The position numbers were made by a program, and so were the translations under genes. Below, one piece after another: positions 1 through 12,830 of a stretch of 64,000 bases of DNA (positions within the stretch are counted from its first letter, which is position 1; every line of letters starts with the position of its first letter). The stretch spans positions 62,001 through 126,000 of the forward strand of contig CBFFRQ010000044.1 in the NCBI GenBank assembly GCA_965644315.1, in the 5' to 3' direction. The notes beneath the pieces are model-generated. The model was not told the DNA's origin. It saw only the letters and a list, made by a program, of their open reading frames with translations, and did not search any database. This DNA comes from Caecitellus pseudoparvulus (Eukaryota; Protista; Bigyra: Bicosoecida).

Positions 1-1003
1 GCGCGCCAGCGATAAGATGGACGACGGCAGCGTCATCAACCTGACTGTCACCCTGCAACGCGCCACAGGTGAGGCGCATTTTGACTTCACCGGCACCAGT
101 CCCCAGGTGCTTGGCAACACCAACGCGCCCCCAGCAGTGACGGCGTCTGCGGTCATTTACTGCCTGCGCTGCATGGTGGGGCGTGACATCCCCATGAACC
201 AGGGCTGCCTGGCCCCTGTCACCGTCACGCTGCCGCCCGGCTGCCTCCTGAACCCCTCCCCCACCGCCGCAGTGGTGGGGGGCAACGTCCTCACTTCCCA
301 GCGAGTCACCGACGTCGTCCTCCGCGCCTTCAGCGCTGCCGCTGCCAGCCAGGGCTGCATGAACAACCTGACCTTCGGCGACGCCACCATGGGTTACTAC
401 GAAACCATCGCAGGCGGCGCTGGGGCTGGTCCCACCTGGGTCGGGCGCTCCGGCGTGCATACGCACATGACCAACACCCGCATCACAGATCCAGAGATCC
501 TTGAACGGCGGTACCCCATCGTCCTCCGGGCATTCTCCTTGCGGCAGGGCTCTGGGGGCTCTGGGCGCCACCCCGGCGGGGATGGTGTCGTGCGAGCCCT
601 GGAGTTCCGCAAGCCACTCAAGTGCAGCATTCTGTCAGAGCGGCGGTGCTTCCAGCCGTGGGGACTGAAGGGCGGAGGCAGCGGCGCAGTGGGCATGAAC
701 CTCCTGTTCCGGGCACCGGCTCCAGGTGGGGAGAGCGCAGAGCCAACCAGTGTGCTTGGCGTGCAGGTGTGGGAGGGCGGCCAGGGCGGTCGGGTCGTGA
801 ACGTCGGCGCCAAGAGCACATTTGACGTGGCTGCCGGGGATGTATTTGTCCTGGCCAGCCCTGGGGGGGGTGGGTATGGGTCACAACCTGACACGGGCGC
901 CGGCGACGCTGCAGCTGCCACACTGGACAGCCCAGCGCCACCCACTGCTGTCGGCAGTGGCGGAAGTCTCGGGCTGCTCAGAGCCGAGCAAGCATCCTTC
1001 TAA
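1..1003 (+). CDS. OPLAH: 5-oxoprolinase (ATP-hydrolysing), C-terminal hydantoinase B domain; 5'-truncated by the window
   Basis: Motifs [67 protein letters not shown]. Confidence 0.95.
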   Translation, partial: RASDKMDDGSVINLTVTLQRATGEAHFDFTGTSPQVLGNTNAPPAVTASAVIYCLRCMVGRDIPMNQGCLAPVTVTLPPGCLLNPSPTAAVVGGNVLTSQRVTDVVLRAFSAAAASQGCMNNLTFGDATMGYYETIAGGAGAGPTWVGRSGVHTHMTNTRITDPEILERRYPIVLRAFSLRQGSGGSGRHPGGDGVVRALEFRKPLKCSILSERRCFQPWGLKGGGSGAVGMNLLFRAPAPGGESAEPTSVLGVQVWEGGQGGRVVNVGAKSTFDVAAGDVFVLASPGGGGYGSQPDTGAGDAAAATLDSPAPPTAVGSGGSLGLLRAEQASF

Positions 1004-1077
1004 GCAAGGCAGGCACGTGGGCCTGCCAGCAGCTGGCGCCACGCTCTCTGCGCGCTCAATGCATGCACGTGCTCCTT

Positions 1078-3174
1078 CTAACTCTGCCCCGCGTGGTAGG
1101 ATTGTGCGTGTTCCTTCATCGCCTTCACGTAATCCATGCGCCGGTGCTGCACCGACTGCAGCATGTCGCCAAAGCCGCCCCGGAACTCGCCCAGGGGCAC
1201 GGTGGTGTAGTCGCCGTTCTTATCGGTGCGGAACTGGGGCGCAGTGCCGCTGGCAGCCAGCCGCCCGTAGGCCAACCCCGCCCAACGAGCCATGTGTTCA
1301 AAGCAGCGCCACATGTCCGTCGGCTTGGGCCACAGCTCAAACACGCCACCCCACGGCGGCATGGCCAGCATGTGGCTCAGCGCCGCGCCGTGCATGCCCA
1401 CCAGGACGTCGGAACGTGCGATGAGACGCACTTGCTCCTCCAAGCTCAAGTGCACCATGTCTACCAGTTGCACGTGCAGTGTGGCCTTGCGAAACCGCCC
1501 CGTCTCCAACATGGCCCCCACGAGCTCGGCTTCGTTGTCGACCTGGCGCCCCACGAAGGCGTGCGAGACGTGCTTGTTATAGGGCCGGCGGGAGATGAAG
1601 GTGACGGTGATGACGTCACCCACGGGGGCGCCCCGCTGGTTGGCAGGCACGGCCAGTGCGGAGCGGGGCAGCATGTGTCGCACCCCCATGCCTGACAGCA
1701 GGAACCTGCGGAATGCCCGCATCAAGTGCGTGGCGGCGGTGCAGTGTGCGTCCTGCGTCAGGGTGCTGAAGAAGAAGGAAGTGTAGCCTGGGGGCGAGTA
1801 CACCACGTGCGGGAACTTCACACTCTGTCCGCCTTGCACATACTCCCCTCCACGGTGCATGCCGTGTGATGGCGCGTACACTTTGCTCCACACACTGTCA
1901 AACGGCCCCTCTGCCTGCTCGTCCATAATGAGAACACCCACGTTGCCAGCCACGGCAGCCCGCATGGCCTTCAAGCCAGCGCCGTGAGTCGTCAAGGGCG
2001 TGCACGTGGCTGGTCCAGACTCCAGCGCCCACCAGGGAGTGCCGTGCGTGTGGGCAGCGTCATCGATGGGTTCGGGCGTGTCGCAGACATCAATGGCTTC
2101 GTCGTAGGCGTCACCGTCCGCCTCCCCATCAATGACGCCGGTCGTGTGCAACGCGATGAATGCGTTGAGGAAGTCAGTCATGGTGTGGAAGAGGTTCGCG
2201 TGCTCGCCACGCTCACGAGTGACCAGCAGCGTCACCTGCGATGGTGCTGACACTGACGTGGGCGGCAGCGCGTCCACTGTCCCCCAGCCGTCGAACAGGT
2301 CGCGCAAGTGGTCCCGGGGCCACTTCGTGTTCACGTCAAACTCCGCAGTGTTCTTGCAGGCAGCCTTCGTGAAGGCGCCCGAGGGGTACCTCCAGAACAC
2401 CTTATCTCCACCACACTTGTACCCCGGCCTGTGTTTCAGGCAGTCTGCTGGTGCCAGGTGCGAGAAATCCATGACCACCTCCTCCGCGTCGCAAATGGTG
2501 TGTGGTCGCGTCGGCGTCGGCATGTGGTCGTCCACGATGACCCGGCACGTCAGCGCCGACGTCCCGCCCTCGCAGAACGCCTTGCTGGCCGCCCTCCACT
2601 CGCTGGCCAGCCCAAAGTCGAAGTGGTTCTTGCACAGTGCACTGCGCCCCTCCACGTGCAGCAACGGCGCGCCGCGCCCCACATGCCCTTGCGCCGTGCC
2701 TGTCTGCAGCCAGGGGATGTCCACCATCTCTGGACCCGCCTCAGCTTCAGCTCCACCATGGATCTTGCCGCTCGCGCTGTTGTCCTCTGCTTCACCGCCG
2801 GTCCCAGAGCTAGAGTGACTCGACCCTGCACTGCCTTGGATGTCTGGCTCGGCAGCTCCCACCTCCACTGGCCCCGCACCCAGGGCCGCCTCATCCTTGG
2901 GCACGCGCTCAGGTGCTTTGGAAGGAACAGCGATTTTAGACACGCCAACTGGCGCAGGCTTGCGCTCAGCGCCTTCCGGCACGCCGCCACTGAGGCTCTG
3001 GGAAAACAGCTTATGAGCCAGCTCACTGCTGGCAGCCGAACCCAAGGCCCCTGACGACAGCAGGAAGAGGCCGATGGCTGCCACAGCCAGCAACACTACC
3101 CCAAACACCACCAGAACCTGCCCTCCTCCAGGTTTGGCGCCCTTGCCATGTCCACGCGTCCTGGAACCGGCCAT
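1078..3174 (-). CDS. Glycosyltransferase family 61 (EOGT-like), type II membrane protein
   Basis: N-terminal TM anchor (VLVVFGVVLLAVAAIGLFLL); ANLFHTMTDF; C-terminal SLEEQVRLIARSDVLVGMHGAALSHMLAMPPWGGVFEL typical of GT61. Confidence 0.85.
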   Translation of the reverse strand: MAGSRTRGHGKGAKPGGGQVLVVFGVVLLAVAAIGLFLLSSGALGSAASSELAHKLFSQSLSGGVPEGAERKPAPVGVSKIAVPSKAPERVPKDEAALGAGPVEVGAAEPDIQGSAGSSHSSSGTGGEAEDNSASGKIHGGAEAEAGPEMVDIPWLQTGTAQGHVGRGAPLLHVEGRSALCKNHFDFGLASEWRAASKAFCEGGTSALTCRVIVDDHMPTPTRPHTICDAEEVVMDFSHLAPADCLKHRPGYKCGGDKVFWRYPSGAFTKAACKNTAEFDVNTKWPRDHLRDLFDGWGTVDALPPTSVSAPSQVTLLVTRERGEHANLFHTMTDFLNAFIALHTTGVIDGEADGDAYDEAIDVCDTPEPIDDAAHTHGTPWWALESGPATCTPLTTHGAGLKAMRAAVAGNVGVLIMDEQAEGPFDSVWSKVYAPSHGMHRGGEYVQGGQSVKFPHVVYSPPGYTSFFFSTLTQDAHCTAATHLMRAFRRFLLSGMGVRHMLPRSALAVPANQRGAPVGDVITVTFISRRPYNKHVSHAFVGRQVDNEAELVGAMLETGRFRKATLHVQLVDMVHLSLEEQVRLIARSDVLVGMHGAALSHMLAMPPWGGVFELWPKPTDMWRCFEHMARWAGLAYGRLAASGTAPQFRTDKNGDYTTVPLGEFRGGFGDMLQSVQHRRMDYVKAMKEHAQSYHAGQS

Positions 3175-3996
3175 GGCCAAGCTCCAATTTCCGCCACCTG
3201 CTGCGCAGGTAGGCACTGGCTCTGCTCGAGCGCTGGGGGAGAATTGCTCGGGAGTCCAGGCTGGGCTGCCCCAGTAGCTTGTCAGACTTTGATTTCAGCC
3301 TGGGACAAGGGCGGTTGGACTGGTAAACCTCGTCCACTTGCTCGGCCGCTGGCCAGCTTCCTCGCAGCGGTGTTTTGAGCAGTGCGTTCCAGTGACAGGG
3401 CGCCAACAAGCGGCCCCTCCTCCAGCGCTCCAGCAAGCCGTGCGTGATCGGCTTCATACCACCCCTGGCAGTGTTTGTCCTACACGGTGGCCAGCCATTC
3501 GCAATGCCTACCGACACTTGCGCAGCCTGGCCATGCTCGCGCTGGATTCGGCCACGACGCACCTGCTTTGTGGTGCCTGTCGGAAACACTGCGCTGTCAG
3601 GCGAATGGGGGGGGGTGAAACCTCTGGCGTGTGGTACTTCGCCCCGCTCTCGGCTGGCGTGCATCTGCGCAGCCTTCTCGCTGGGCAGTTTGAGGGCTGC
3701 CGTTGGGCGGGCCCCCGGCGCCGCGAGCCAGGCAACAAAGTCACGCGCCCGCAAAATCTAAACACTGAATCACTGCACAATCTGCGTGACGTGCCTGTGC
3801 AACGCTTGCCGCCCTGCCAAGCTGCCTGCCTCGCTGCACCACGCCTTGCTGCGAAGTAAAGCGGCCAGCCGCCCCAGTCGACGACCACGCCTGAAGGTGC
3901 AGGTGCCAGGACCTCATTTGGTACTTCACAGCCTAAGCCCGCTGAGGTTTCCTCCCTGTGCTGTCTTTCACGCACACAAGCCTCACAGCACACACA

Positions 3997-4478
3997 ATGG
4001 TGCGGAAGTCGATGCGAGATCGTGGCATGCAAAATCCGCACGCTGCTTCCCCGCCCGGCACGCCTCCAGACTGACGTCGAGGAGACCATCGAGCGCATCA
4101 AGGGGCAGAAGGGCGTGGAAGGCTTCTTCATCGTGGACGATGAAGGCACGCTGCTGCGGTGCAAGAAGCTGAGCAAGGAGGGAGCCACCAAGCTGGCTGC
4201 GGACATTGTGGCCCTCGTCAACAAGGCCAAGCACTCTGTGCGCGACATCGACCCCACAGTGCGTCTTCACCTCCATCAGCGGTGCATTCCTGCGCATTCC
4301 CGTCTTCACCTGTGCTCGTGCTGCACCCTTTCCGCAGAACACTCTCCGCTTCTTCCGCATGCGGAGTCGTGACATGGAGGTGTTGGCGGCGCCAGGGCCT
4401 GGCTTCACCGTCGTCACCTTGCAGCGCTGGATGCCTGCTGCCCAGACAGACATGACCGGCGGTGAAGCGCAGGGCTGA
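3997..4478 (+). CDS. DYNLRB: Dynein light chain roadblock/LC7 (3 exons: 3997-3999, 4070-4258, 4338-4478)
   Basis: Spliced product M-TDVEETIERIKGQKGVEGFFIVDDEG...VRDIDPT-NTLRFFRMRSRDMEVLAAP; GT-AG introns 4000-4069 and 4259-4337. Confidence 0.92.
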
Positions 4479-4594
4479 GGCGTCCCGCCAGCACTGCAGC
4501 AGTCCCAGCATGGCGCCAGAATGGCACACGCCAGAGCCACGGCCCCACGCTCAAAACACCCCAGACACACTGCCCACTGCTCAGCCAGGCCCTG

Positions 4595-5749
4595 TCACCT
4601 GTTGCTCGCAGTGCCCAATGCACGGCCGTACTCCACGAGGCTCCACGTGATGCCAGACGACAGCGAGCGTTTCGCGACGCGCAACGCAGCACCTCGATAC
4701 AGAGCCAAGGCGCCCTCTGATGCCACCACGCTGCGCAAAATAGACACCATGCCCACTTCGCCCTTGGCCACATCGGCTAGCTGTGCTCGGGTGCGCAGCA
4801 TGTCAAAGGGCTGCGTCAGCAGCGTTGCCGCGCCACCTGCTGCGAAAGCTGCGGAAAACGTGGCAGCCGAAGCGGCGTGCCCGCCCCACGCTGCGTCCGC
4901 CAGAGGCAGCAGGCGCTGGTACAGCATGAAGTAGACGCCAGAGTACGGCGCGTCGCGGAGAATGGAGGGGCCGAGCCCTGCGAACAGCCCTCGCCTGCCC
5001 TGTGCCCACACCTGCCGCAGCGCAGCTGACATGGACGGCGAAGTGGCGCCTGCGCTGGACATCGCAAACTCCATGCGGGTTTTCACGACGGTGATGGGGC
5101 TCAGCAGCACCGAGGCAGTTGCTCGGGCTGACGCTCCCGCTGCGAAATGCTCCAGGGAAGACGCTTGGCGCTTGCGCCCCATGCCGCCAGAGAACGCTTC
5201 CAGGAGCGCGAAGTACACGCCTGCACCAAAGAACACCCGCACGGCAGTGGGGAGCAGGCCCCGGTAGAAGTTGGCCAATCCGCCAGCTGCGTACACCTCC
5301 TTCACGAGGGCCAGTGTGGACCTGTGGTGGTAGGGGGGTTGAACGGGGGGGGCAGTGTGCGGACCAGTGGAGCAGGGCAAGCGCCACCACGGCACGCACA
5401 GTCGGGGTGCAGGGACACCTGGCGAAGTGCGCAGTTGAATTCCCTGTTGTACCGTGCGCAGGCGGTCGAATGGCTGCAGGGCGCATGCTGCGGGGGCGCG
5501 GGAGGCAGAGGCGTGCGTGGGCCGCGTTTCGCCTTCGTTTCCGGCTCCGTGATACGCGCCGCACCTTGCACAGTGCCCGCCAAAGCGCCCCGTACAAACG
5601 CATAGCCTGTGCAAGAAAGTGGTAGACGACCCTGAGATTCCGCCAGGGGAACCCTGCACTCGCAGCCTGTCTGGCGCACCTGAGCTTCGCTGCGCTGCTG
5701 GTGCGTCCGATTGCCTCGCCACGCCAACGGCCGGAGCTGGCGATGCCAT
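4595..5749 (-). CDS. Mitochondrial carrier (SLC25 family; SLC25A38/Hem25-like glycine carrier is the best guess), multi-exon
   Basis: Three carrier signatures QPFDRLRT, SPITVVKTR, QPFDMLRTR; RDAPYSGVYFMLY; spliced N-terminus GYAFVRGALAGTVQACALQPFD. Confidence 0.88.
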   Translation of the reverse strand: MASPAPAVGVARQSDAPAAQRSSGAPDRLRVQGSPGGISGSSTTFLHRLCVCTGRFGGHCARCGAYHGAGNEGETRPTHASASRAPAACALQPFDRLRTVQQGIQLRTSPGVPAPRLCVPWWRLPCSTGPHTAPPVQPPYHHRSTLALVKEVYAAGGLANFYRGLLPTAVRVFFGAGVYFALLEAFSGGMGRKRQASSLEHFAAGASARATASVLLSPITVVKTRMEFAMSSAGATSPSMSAALRQVWAQGRRGLFAGLGPSILRDAPYSGVYFMLYQRLLPLADAAWGGHAASAATFSAAFAAGGAATLLTQPFDMLRTRAQLADVAKGEVGMVSILRSVVASEGALALYRGAALRVAKRSLSSGITWSLVEYGRALGTASNR

Positions 5750-5931
5750 GCGGGCAGGAGCGAAGTGCAATCGCTACAGCCTGGAGGTGGCGGATAGGAA
5801 TCGGAGAGAAGATGCGACCACAGCCACGTTCATGTATTGAAGGTTCCGTTCTTGGTCGGAGAATGGTTCGGATTCGTGTGAGTTGTACACAACGGCACTG
5901 TGCACCGCACCCCCCCCTCTGCACCCCCCCC

Positions 5932-7886
5932 CTACACCAGCTCGGGAATGGGCACCTCTGTGAGCCACAGGTGGTGGATGCGCTGGTACAGCTCCGAGGA
6001 CACGCTGACCTTGTAGGGGGTGGGGTTGCTGTGTCGCAGGTGGTCTTCGCGCAGCAACGCCAGCTGCTGCGAGACGAACTCACGCGTTGCCTCAGGCGGC
6101 GCCACTGGGCTGCGCAGGTTCACTGAGCGGGGCGTGGACATGGCTGCCTGCACCGCCTCTGCTGACGCGGGGGCTGCGCCGGACACTGCCTGCGCATCCT
6201 TCACATCTTCCGGCGTCACGGCCGCATTCTTGCCCAACCACACCAGCCCCAGCAAGGGCACGACACTGGCAGGCGTGACAAAGCACCGCAAGTGCTCCTC
6301 AAATGCGTGCCTGCACAGCACCTTGGTGCCGGCAGACGGCCGTGCCTCGCCGGCTTGCACCATGAGGTCAAGGAGGGGGACGCCCTCAGCGCCGAGGAGG
6401 CGGAAGGCCTCCTTGCGACCTGGGATCGTGACTTTCGCGATCTCCTGGCTGATTTTCATGCGTGGCTTGCCCTTGATCTCCACCAGCTTGTACACCATGC
6501 CCAGCGCAGGCTGTGCCTGGCACGTGACGAGGTTCGTGCCAATGCCAAACGTGTCGATTTCGTGCCCCTGCTCGTTCAGGGCACGCAGCACCCCCTCGTT
6601 GATGGAGTTGGACGCGACGATGTTGCACTTTGCCAGGTCGGTGCCGAACACCTTGTCTGCCTCCCGCAGCATGCGGCGCGCTTCCTTGGAAAGGTATGCG
6701 AGGTCGCCAGAGTCCAGGCGAATGCCGACTGGCGCAATGTCCAACTTCAACTTCAGGACGAGGGCCACCGCGATGAAATTAGGCAGGCCGGAGTTGAGGG
6801 TGTCGTACGTGTCCACCAGCGCCAAGAAGCGGTCCGGGAAGGCGATGGCAAAGGCGACAAACGCCGCCAACTCCGAGTCGCTGGCAGTGCTGTAGCCGAG
6901 CTGGTCGCGGTACTCCTTGGCAGCCGCCACGACGTCCACGTCGCCAATGGTGGTGACGGTCAAGTCGCGCAGGGATTCGTATGCTGAGACAAAGGAGTGG
7001 GCGTGTGTTCCCTTGGGCGTAATGCCCAGCGCCGCGCCAGCAGCGACGTTTGACGTGCCGTCAAACCCGCCCAAGTACGAGTACCGACTGGCACTCATGG
7101 CGCCGTCTGGGCCCTGTGCCCGGCGCAGGCCGAACTCCAGCAGAGTCTTGTCAGGCCCTGCCACCAGCCTGAAGCGTGCCGCGTTGGTGCACATGAGGCT
7201 GGCGTAGTTGCACGCGTTGAGCAGGGTGGTTTCCAGCAGTTGGCACAGCAGCAGCGGGCCCTCCAGACGCAGGACGGGGACACGGGGGAAGGCGATGCTG
7301 CCTTCTGGCTGTGCGTACACCTTCAAACTGGACGCATCCAGCCCAGCCAGGTACTCGAAGAACCCGGGCTTGGCTTGAGGCATGATGCTCCTGTGCAGCC
7401 GGGAGAAGGGTGTGGGTCGCTGCTCGGGCGCGGCGCGCCACCAGGCTGCACCGCACGCACTGTAGGTAGGAAATGTCGTCCTCTGACAGCTTGAAGGTTT
7501 GGATGAGGGCCAAGCACTGGCGTGCAGGAGGGGGGCTGAAGGTGCACAACCAGCCCAGGTGGCCAGCGGCAGCAGCCACGCACCTCCTCAATGCCAGCCA
7601 GCACTGTGAACTCCCCCTTGAACGGGTTCTTGCGGAAGAACATGTCAAAGACAGACGGGTCGTCGGCGCGCCCGTTGAGCCAGTACGCGTATGACATGGA
7701 CACCTGTGGAGAGTGCGGAAATTTCATGCAACCCACCACGCCGCAACTCCCGCCTGCGCCACGCACCTGGTACATGTCTGTCAGCAGGGGCGTCGTGGCA
7801 CTGTTCCAGGGCTTCTCGTCCGTGGCGGGCACGAGGTTGCCCCACCCCCCTGCACTGGCTGCGCCTTCGGCAGCAGCAGCAGCCAT
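5932..7886 (-). CDS. NAPRT: Nicotinate phosphoribosyltransferase, multi-exon
   Basis: [71 protein letters not shown]. Confidence 0.96.
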
Positions 7887-8028
7887 GGCAGAATCTGGCG
7901 CTTGACGTGGTGGCGGCAGTGTGCCAGGTGCGCAATTGTTCGCGGCGTATTACAGCCTTCAAACCAGGCAAGGAGCATCGATGGCAGAGTGTTTGTGTTT
8001 TGTATTGCCAAGTGCTGCGCCTGTTACA

Positions 8029-11000
8029 CTACCGGCCGTACAAGGCGCCCAGCCTGCTGCCGCCACGGCCCCCCTTACGCTGGCCCACTCTGGACGCCTT
8101 GCGTGAGGGCTTGGCGGAGGTGGGGGCTCTGGCGCCGCCGCCTGCCGCTGGCGCACTGCGCTTGGCAGCAAAAACGAACGCCCTGCCACTGCCAGACTTC
8201 ACCGCGCCTGTGTCCTCCGCGTCGTCGACTGGCAGTGCGCTGGGCGTGCCGGTGCCGCCCAGGCCAAAGCCAAAACTCAGGCTGGCGCCACCCACGCCCC
8301 GAGACAGGGAGTCCAACCCTGTGCCCAGGCTGGACATGGCGCTGGGAAGGGAAGGCGCTCGCTGCAGCAGGCCCAGTCGGCTCCCGCCATCAGGCTGCAG
8401 GAGGCTCTTGAGGTCAATGCCGTCAATGCTGCTGGCTCGCGTGAGGGGGGGTGGGGGGGAGCCGCTTGACGCAGCGCTCGCGCCCCCCTCCAGACACCGA
8501 TCACCCCCCTCATCCTCCTCCTCCACTGCCCCACCTCCCACATTGCCTGCCCGCATCTCAGCCCGCAGTGCGCCTGCCAAGGTGAGGGGCGCCCCCGTCC
8601 CCTGCCCCTCGCCACCCACGCCACCTGCTGTGTCACCGGATGCCGCCGTCCCTGAGGGGGGGACACCGCCCCCTCCCCCCGCTGGTCGGGAGGTAGAGGC
8701 AGGGTGCAGCAAGGATGCTTCGCGGGCCGGCAGCGAAGCGGCGCGGATGGTGTCCACGTTCACCGCCGTCAACGCATCAGCCACCTGCTGCGTTTCGTGG
8801 TCCATGCCCCACGCCGCATCCATGTGCGAGTTGTGCCGCACCAGCCCCCCCGGCACAGCTTGCAGCACACCTGTAGAGGCTTGCTCCTCCCCACCCTCGC
8901 CACCCACCTGGGCAGGCACACTCTGCACACTGACGAGCGGCGGCAAGGCCTCACTCTCAGCAGCTGTTTCCCCTTCGTGTGCTAGCAGCAGGCCACGGCG
9001 GCGCTTGCCTGTGCGAGTCAAGCCGACTGCGTCGCCGGTGCGTTTCTGTCCGCGTTTCACACGCAACTCCAAACTCTTCCCCCCTCCATACTGAGTGGCC
9101 CCATCCCCCGCAGCACCGGCCGCCTGTGCCTCTGCCGCTGCAGCAGCTGCCGCAGCCTCAGCCTCTGCTCGAGCCCGCGCTTCCGCTCTGCGCTCCAGCT
9201 TGGCGCGTTTGTTCAGGGCGTGGGTGAGGACTTTGGTGGCGTCCAAGTGCCCTTCCGAGTCATACTCGTCGGAGTCAGAGTCAGACACGTCGCCCCCCAC
9301 ATACCGCCCGGCCTCATCGAACTCCGCGTCTGACGCGGCCAAGTCTGCATCCAGCGCCGTGACGGTCCCAGCGCCCACTTCCCCCATGGCCATCTGCCGC
9401 GCGTAATACGCCGACAGCGCCTCCTCGTCGTCCTCCATGGCAGCCGCAGCAGCCTTGTCTGCACTGTCCATGCCCCCCGCCACACGCCGAGCCGCAGCGC
9501 CCGACCCGCGCATCGTGCCCATGCCGTGCTCCACGCCCTGGGCCAATTTCCGCAGCGCCTCGTCGTCTGCCAGGCGCTGCTGCTTGCGCAGGAACGCCGC
9601 GTCCATCTTGTTCTTCCCCTCCTCGTCCGAGTCCAGCGCGTCCACGACGTGCTTCAGCTCCTCCTCCAGGTCCAGCCCCTCGTCGCCGTCCTCGTCGTCG
9701 TCCTGGTCGCTGCCGCTGACCTTGCGACCGCCGCGACCGAACACGCCCACCTCCAGCGCCCCCCCCTCCTCTTCCTCCTCCCCCTCACTGGCCTCATCCT
9801 GGATCAGCTCCTCCTGCCCTGCCGCCTTCCGGGCTGCTCGGGCCGCCTTGGCCTCTGCCGCTGCGCGCATCTCAGCCAACACCATCTCCTTGTACGTCGG
9901 CGCCGGCCTGGACTCCCTGCGCACACGCTCGGGCTTGGGCGTCGGACTGCCATCCCCCGCACCATCCCCACCCTCCTGGCCGCCGTCGGAGTGCTCACTC
10001 TCCCCTGCGGACCCGGCAGTTTGGACACCCCCGCCCTGGACACCCCCGCCCTGGGCATTCACATCCGAACCCCCCTCAGCGGCAGGAGCGGAATCCACAC
10101 CAGCATCACGCGAGGGTGCCTTGGTGTTGAACATGGCGTGCAGAGCAGCCTGCTTGCTGCTGAGGGGGGGGGCTTGCACGCCAGGGGGTGTCGACCCAGC
10201 CACACCTGCCACCTCACTCGTGCTGCTGTGGTTAGAGGCAGGCGGCGAGGGCACTGCGCCACCACCCTCCCCGCCTGTGGCAGCGCCTGCCTGGGACCCC
10301 CCGCCCCCGCCTTCCTCGTCTTCTTCCTCCGAGTCGAAAACGCCTGACTCCGCGGCTGACTCGTCGGCTGACTCGTCGGCTGACTCATCGCCCTCCTCCG
10401 CCGCCACCAAATCCGCGCTGTCCACAGACCCCACACTGCTCACATCCCCCGCCTCCCCATCCGAGGCTTCCACCTGCTCCTCACGCTCATCGGCACCGGC
10501 CCCTCCAGCCTCCTCTGGCTGCGCGCCAACGTGGTCCTCTGCAGCTGCCACGGTGGTGGCGTCGCCCCCCCCCGCCGCACGGGCCGCCAAGGCAGCCAGC
10601 TTCTCAGCCCGCAGCGCCGCTAGGCGGGCTTTCTGCCGCTGGGCTTCGCGCCTGCGGGCCAGGCCGGCTGCCACTGCGTTGCGGTAGCCCCCTGCTCGGG
10701 CCTGTGCGTGCGCATCCTGCAGCTGGGCAGTGCTTCGCAAGGAGGCACGCAGCTGCCCCCGCCCGGCCAGACCAGCCAGGCCCACAGTGCTGCCCACGCT
10801 GGAGCGCTGCACTGCTACGCCGGCGTACCGCTGCCGCAGCAACGCACCAGCCTTGGACAGGTGACTCGCAGCCAGGCCCGTTGACCCGGCGCCTGGCAGC
10901 TTGCCCAACTCCAGCACTGCCGTGGCGCCAGAGGTCGGGTCAGCCTTGGCGCTGGCTGACTGGCCCGACAGGGTGGCGTGCAGATCCGCCCCCCACAGTC

Positions 11001-12509
11001 GTTCGGCGGCCTCCACGTTGAAGTTGCTGTGCGTGGAGCCGTTGGCAGCCAGAACAGCGGCCAGCACGGGGTCGATCGTGCTGAAGGCGTCGCCCAGCGC
11101 CAGGGCGGCGTGGGTGTCGTCTTCCCCAGTGGAGGGGGGGGTGCCCTGAGGGGGGGTGGAGCCCCCCTCCCCACTCTGCACACTCACACTCGCGTGGGGC
11201 GTGTCCACCTCCGGTGAGGCCGTTGGTGCGTGCTGCTGGGCTGCAGCGGGAGCAGGGGGGGCTTCCTCTGACTCGGAGTCACTCAGATTGATGAGGGCAG
11301 GCTGACGCACTGTGCGGGGCGGCGGGCGCACGACGAGAGCGGGTCGCACACCCCGACGGCGACGACGAGCCTCCAGCCGCGACATGCCTGCTGCTGCTAC
11401 TGTGTGTGCGTTCCGTGCCTGCCGTAACGCAGCAAGCATGGAGTCAGCCTCCTCCCGCCCCAGCGCAGGCACGGCCAGCTGCTCCAGATACGCCTCCTCC
11501 AACGCAGCCTCCTTGGCCGCTGCCGCTGCGGCCGCCTGCTCTGCAGGGGAGCTCTTGCCCCGGGCGGCGCCTGCGTCACTGCCGCTGTCGTCGTGATTCT
11601 GCTCGCCGGTCGTGGGGGGCGGTGAGGCGGGGCTGGAGGCCGCTGCCGCCTGCCGCCCCGGCAGCACCACATCCCCCTCGCTGTCCGACGAACCGTGGTC
11701 TGCACTCTGGTCGGAAGCCTCAGCAGTAGGCTGGCCCGGGGCTGCTGCGGGGGGGGGCGGTGAACCCCCCTCAGCAGCGCTGCTCAGGGGGCTGCTGTGT
11801 CGATCGCCAGTGGAAGGCGGCGAGGCGCCCGCCGCAGGCGGCGGCGGGGTGGCGCCAGCCAGCGGCACCTTCACGGCACTGGGTGGGCTGTCGGCGAAGA
11901 TGGTGCCCTGTGCCGCTGCCTGCCCGGGGCTGGGCGGCACGGCATCCGACTGGCGGGGGGGCGTTGCCTGCGCAGGGCTGCTGCGCCCCTTCGGCGATGT
12001 GCCTGCTGCAGCGACTTGGGCGCTGCCTTCGCTGTCACTGTCAATGGCAAGTCTTTGTGGTCGGTGCAGCAGGTCTCGAGCTTGGGTGCGTGTCGCAGCG
12101 GGCCGGGGCGCAGGGGAGGCTGATGGTGTAGGTGCGGAGTTTGCCTCGCGCCGTTGAGGCGTGCCGTGCACGCCCGATGCGCCTGCAGTCTGCACAGGAG
12201 GGGTGGGGATCAACCATGTGCCACACTCCGTTCCAATCACTGACATCCCCTGATGCTGGGCATTGGTCCGGCCTGTAGCACCCTGTGGCGCCCGGAGACT
12301 GCCACCCACCGGGCTTTCAAATGCACCACGCGTAACGCTGCCACTCACTCTGGGCGCCTCCCCTTCCTCCCCTCGCGCAGCTGCAGAGCCTGACGCTCGC
12401 CCGTACGTCTTAACTCTGCATTTGGAAACGCATTGCGTGCATTGGTGCGGCTGGGAGGGCTGTGGTGAGGCAGTGGCATAACTCACGTGGTGGCAGTGGT
12501 GTCAGGCAT
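8029..12509 (-). CDS. Large acidic low-complexity protein with MRC1/Claspin-like domain
   Basis: Exon 1 MPDTTATT + GTGAGT intron (12486-12416) joins VKTYGR; segment ELIQDEASEGEEEE...LEEELKHVVDALDSDEE...FLRKQQRLADDEALRKLAQGV resembles the MRC1 domain. Confidence 0.55.
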
Positions 12510-12830
12510 GGCGACGGCGCGAGCTGGAGACGGTCAACGACCGCTGCATCAAGCAGCCAGCGCTGCAGTAGTCCTGAGAACCACACGCAGCTTTGATCTA
12601 CTTGGGGATTTTGAATTGTGCGGCCGGCTCGCATGTCGAGCTGTGCTGCGAGGTGGCCAGGTTTGATGTCAAATTCCGCGACTGAGTTGAGAGGCTCACG
12701 GCAGCCTACGCCACTGCAGCGCAGCCTGCCAGCGCCAATGCACACATGAAACACAAGGGACAGATGCGGCGCTATCGGGCTGTCGCTAGCAAGCGCAGCC
12801 CGAGAGCTGCAGCGCCACAAGCAACGCCGC

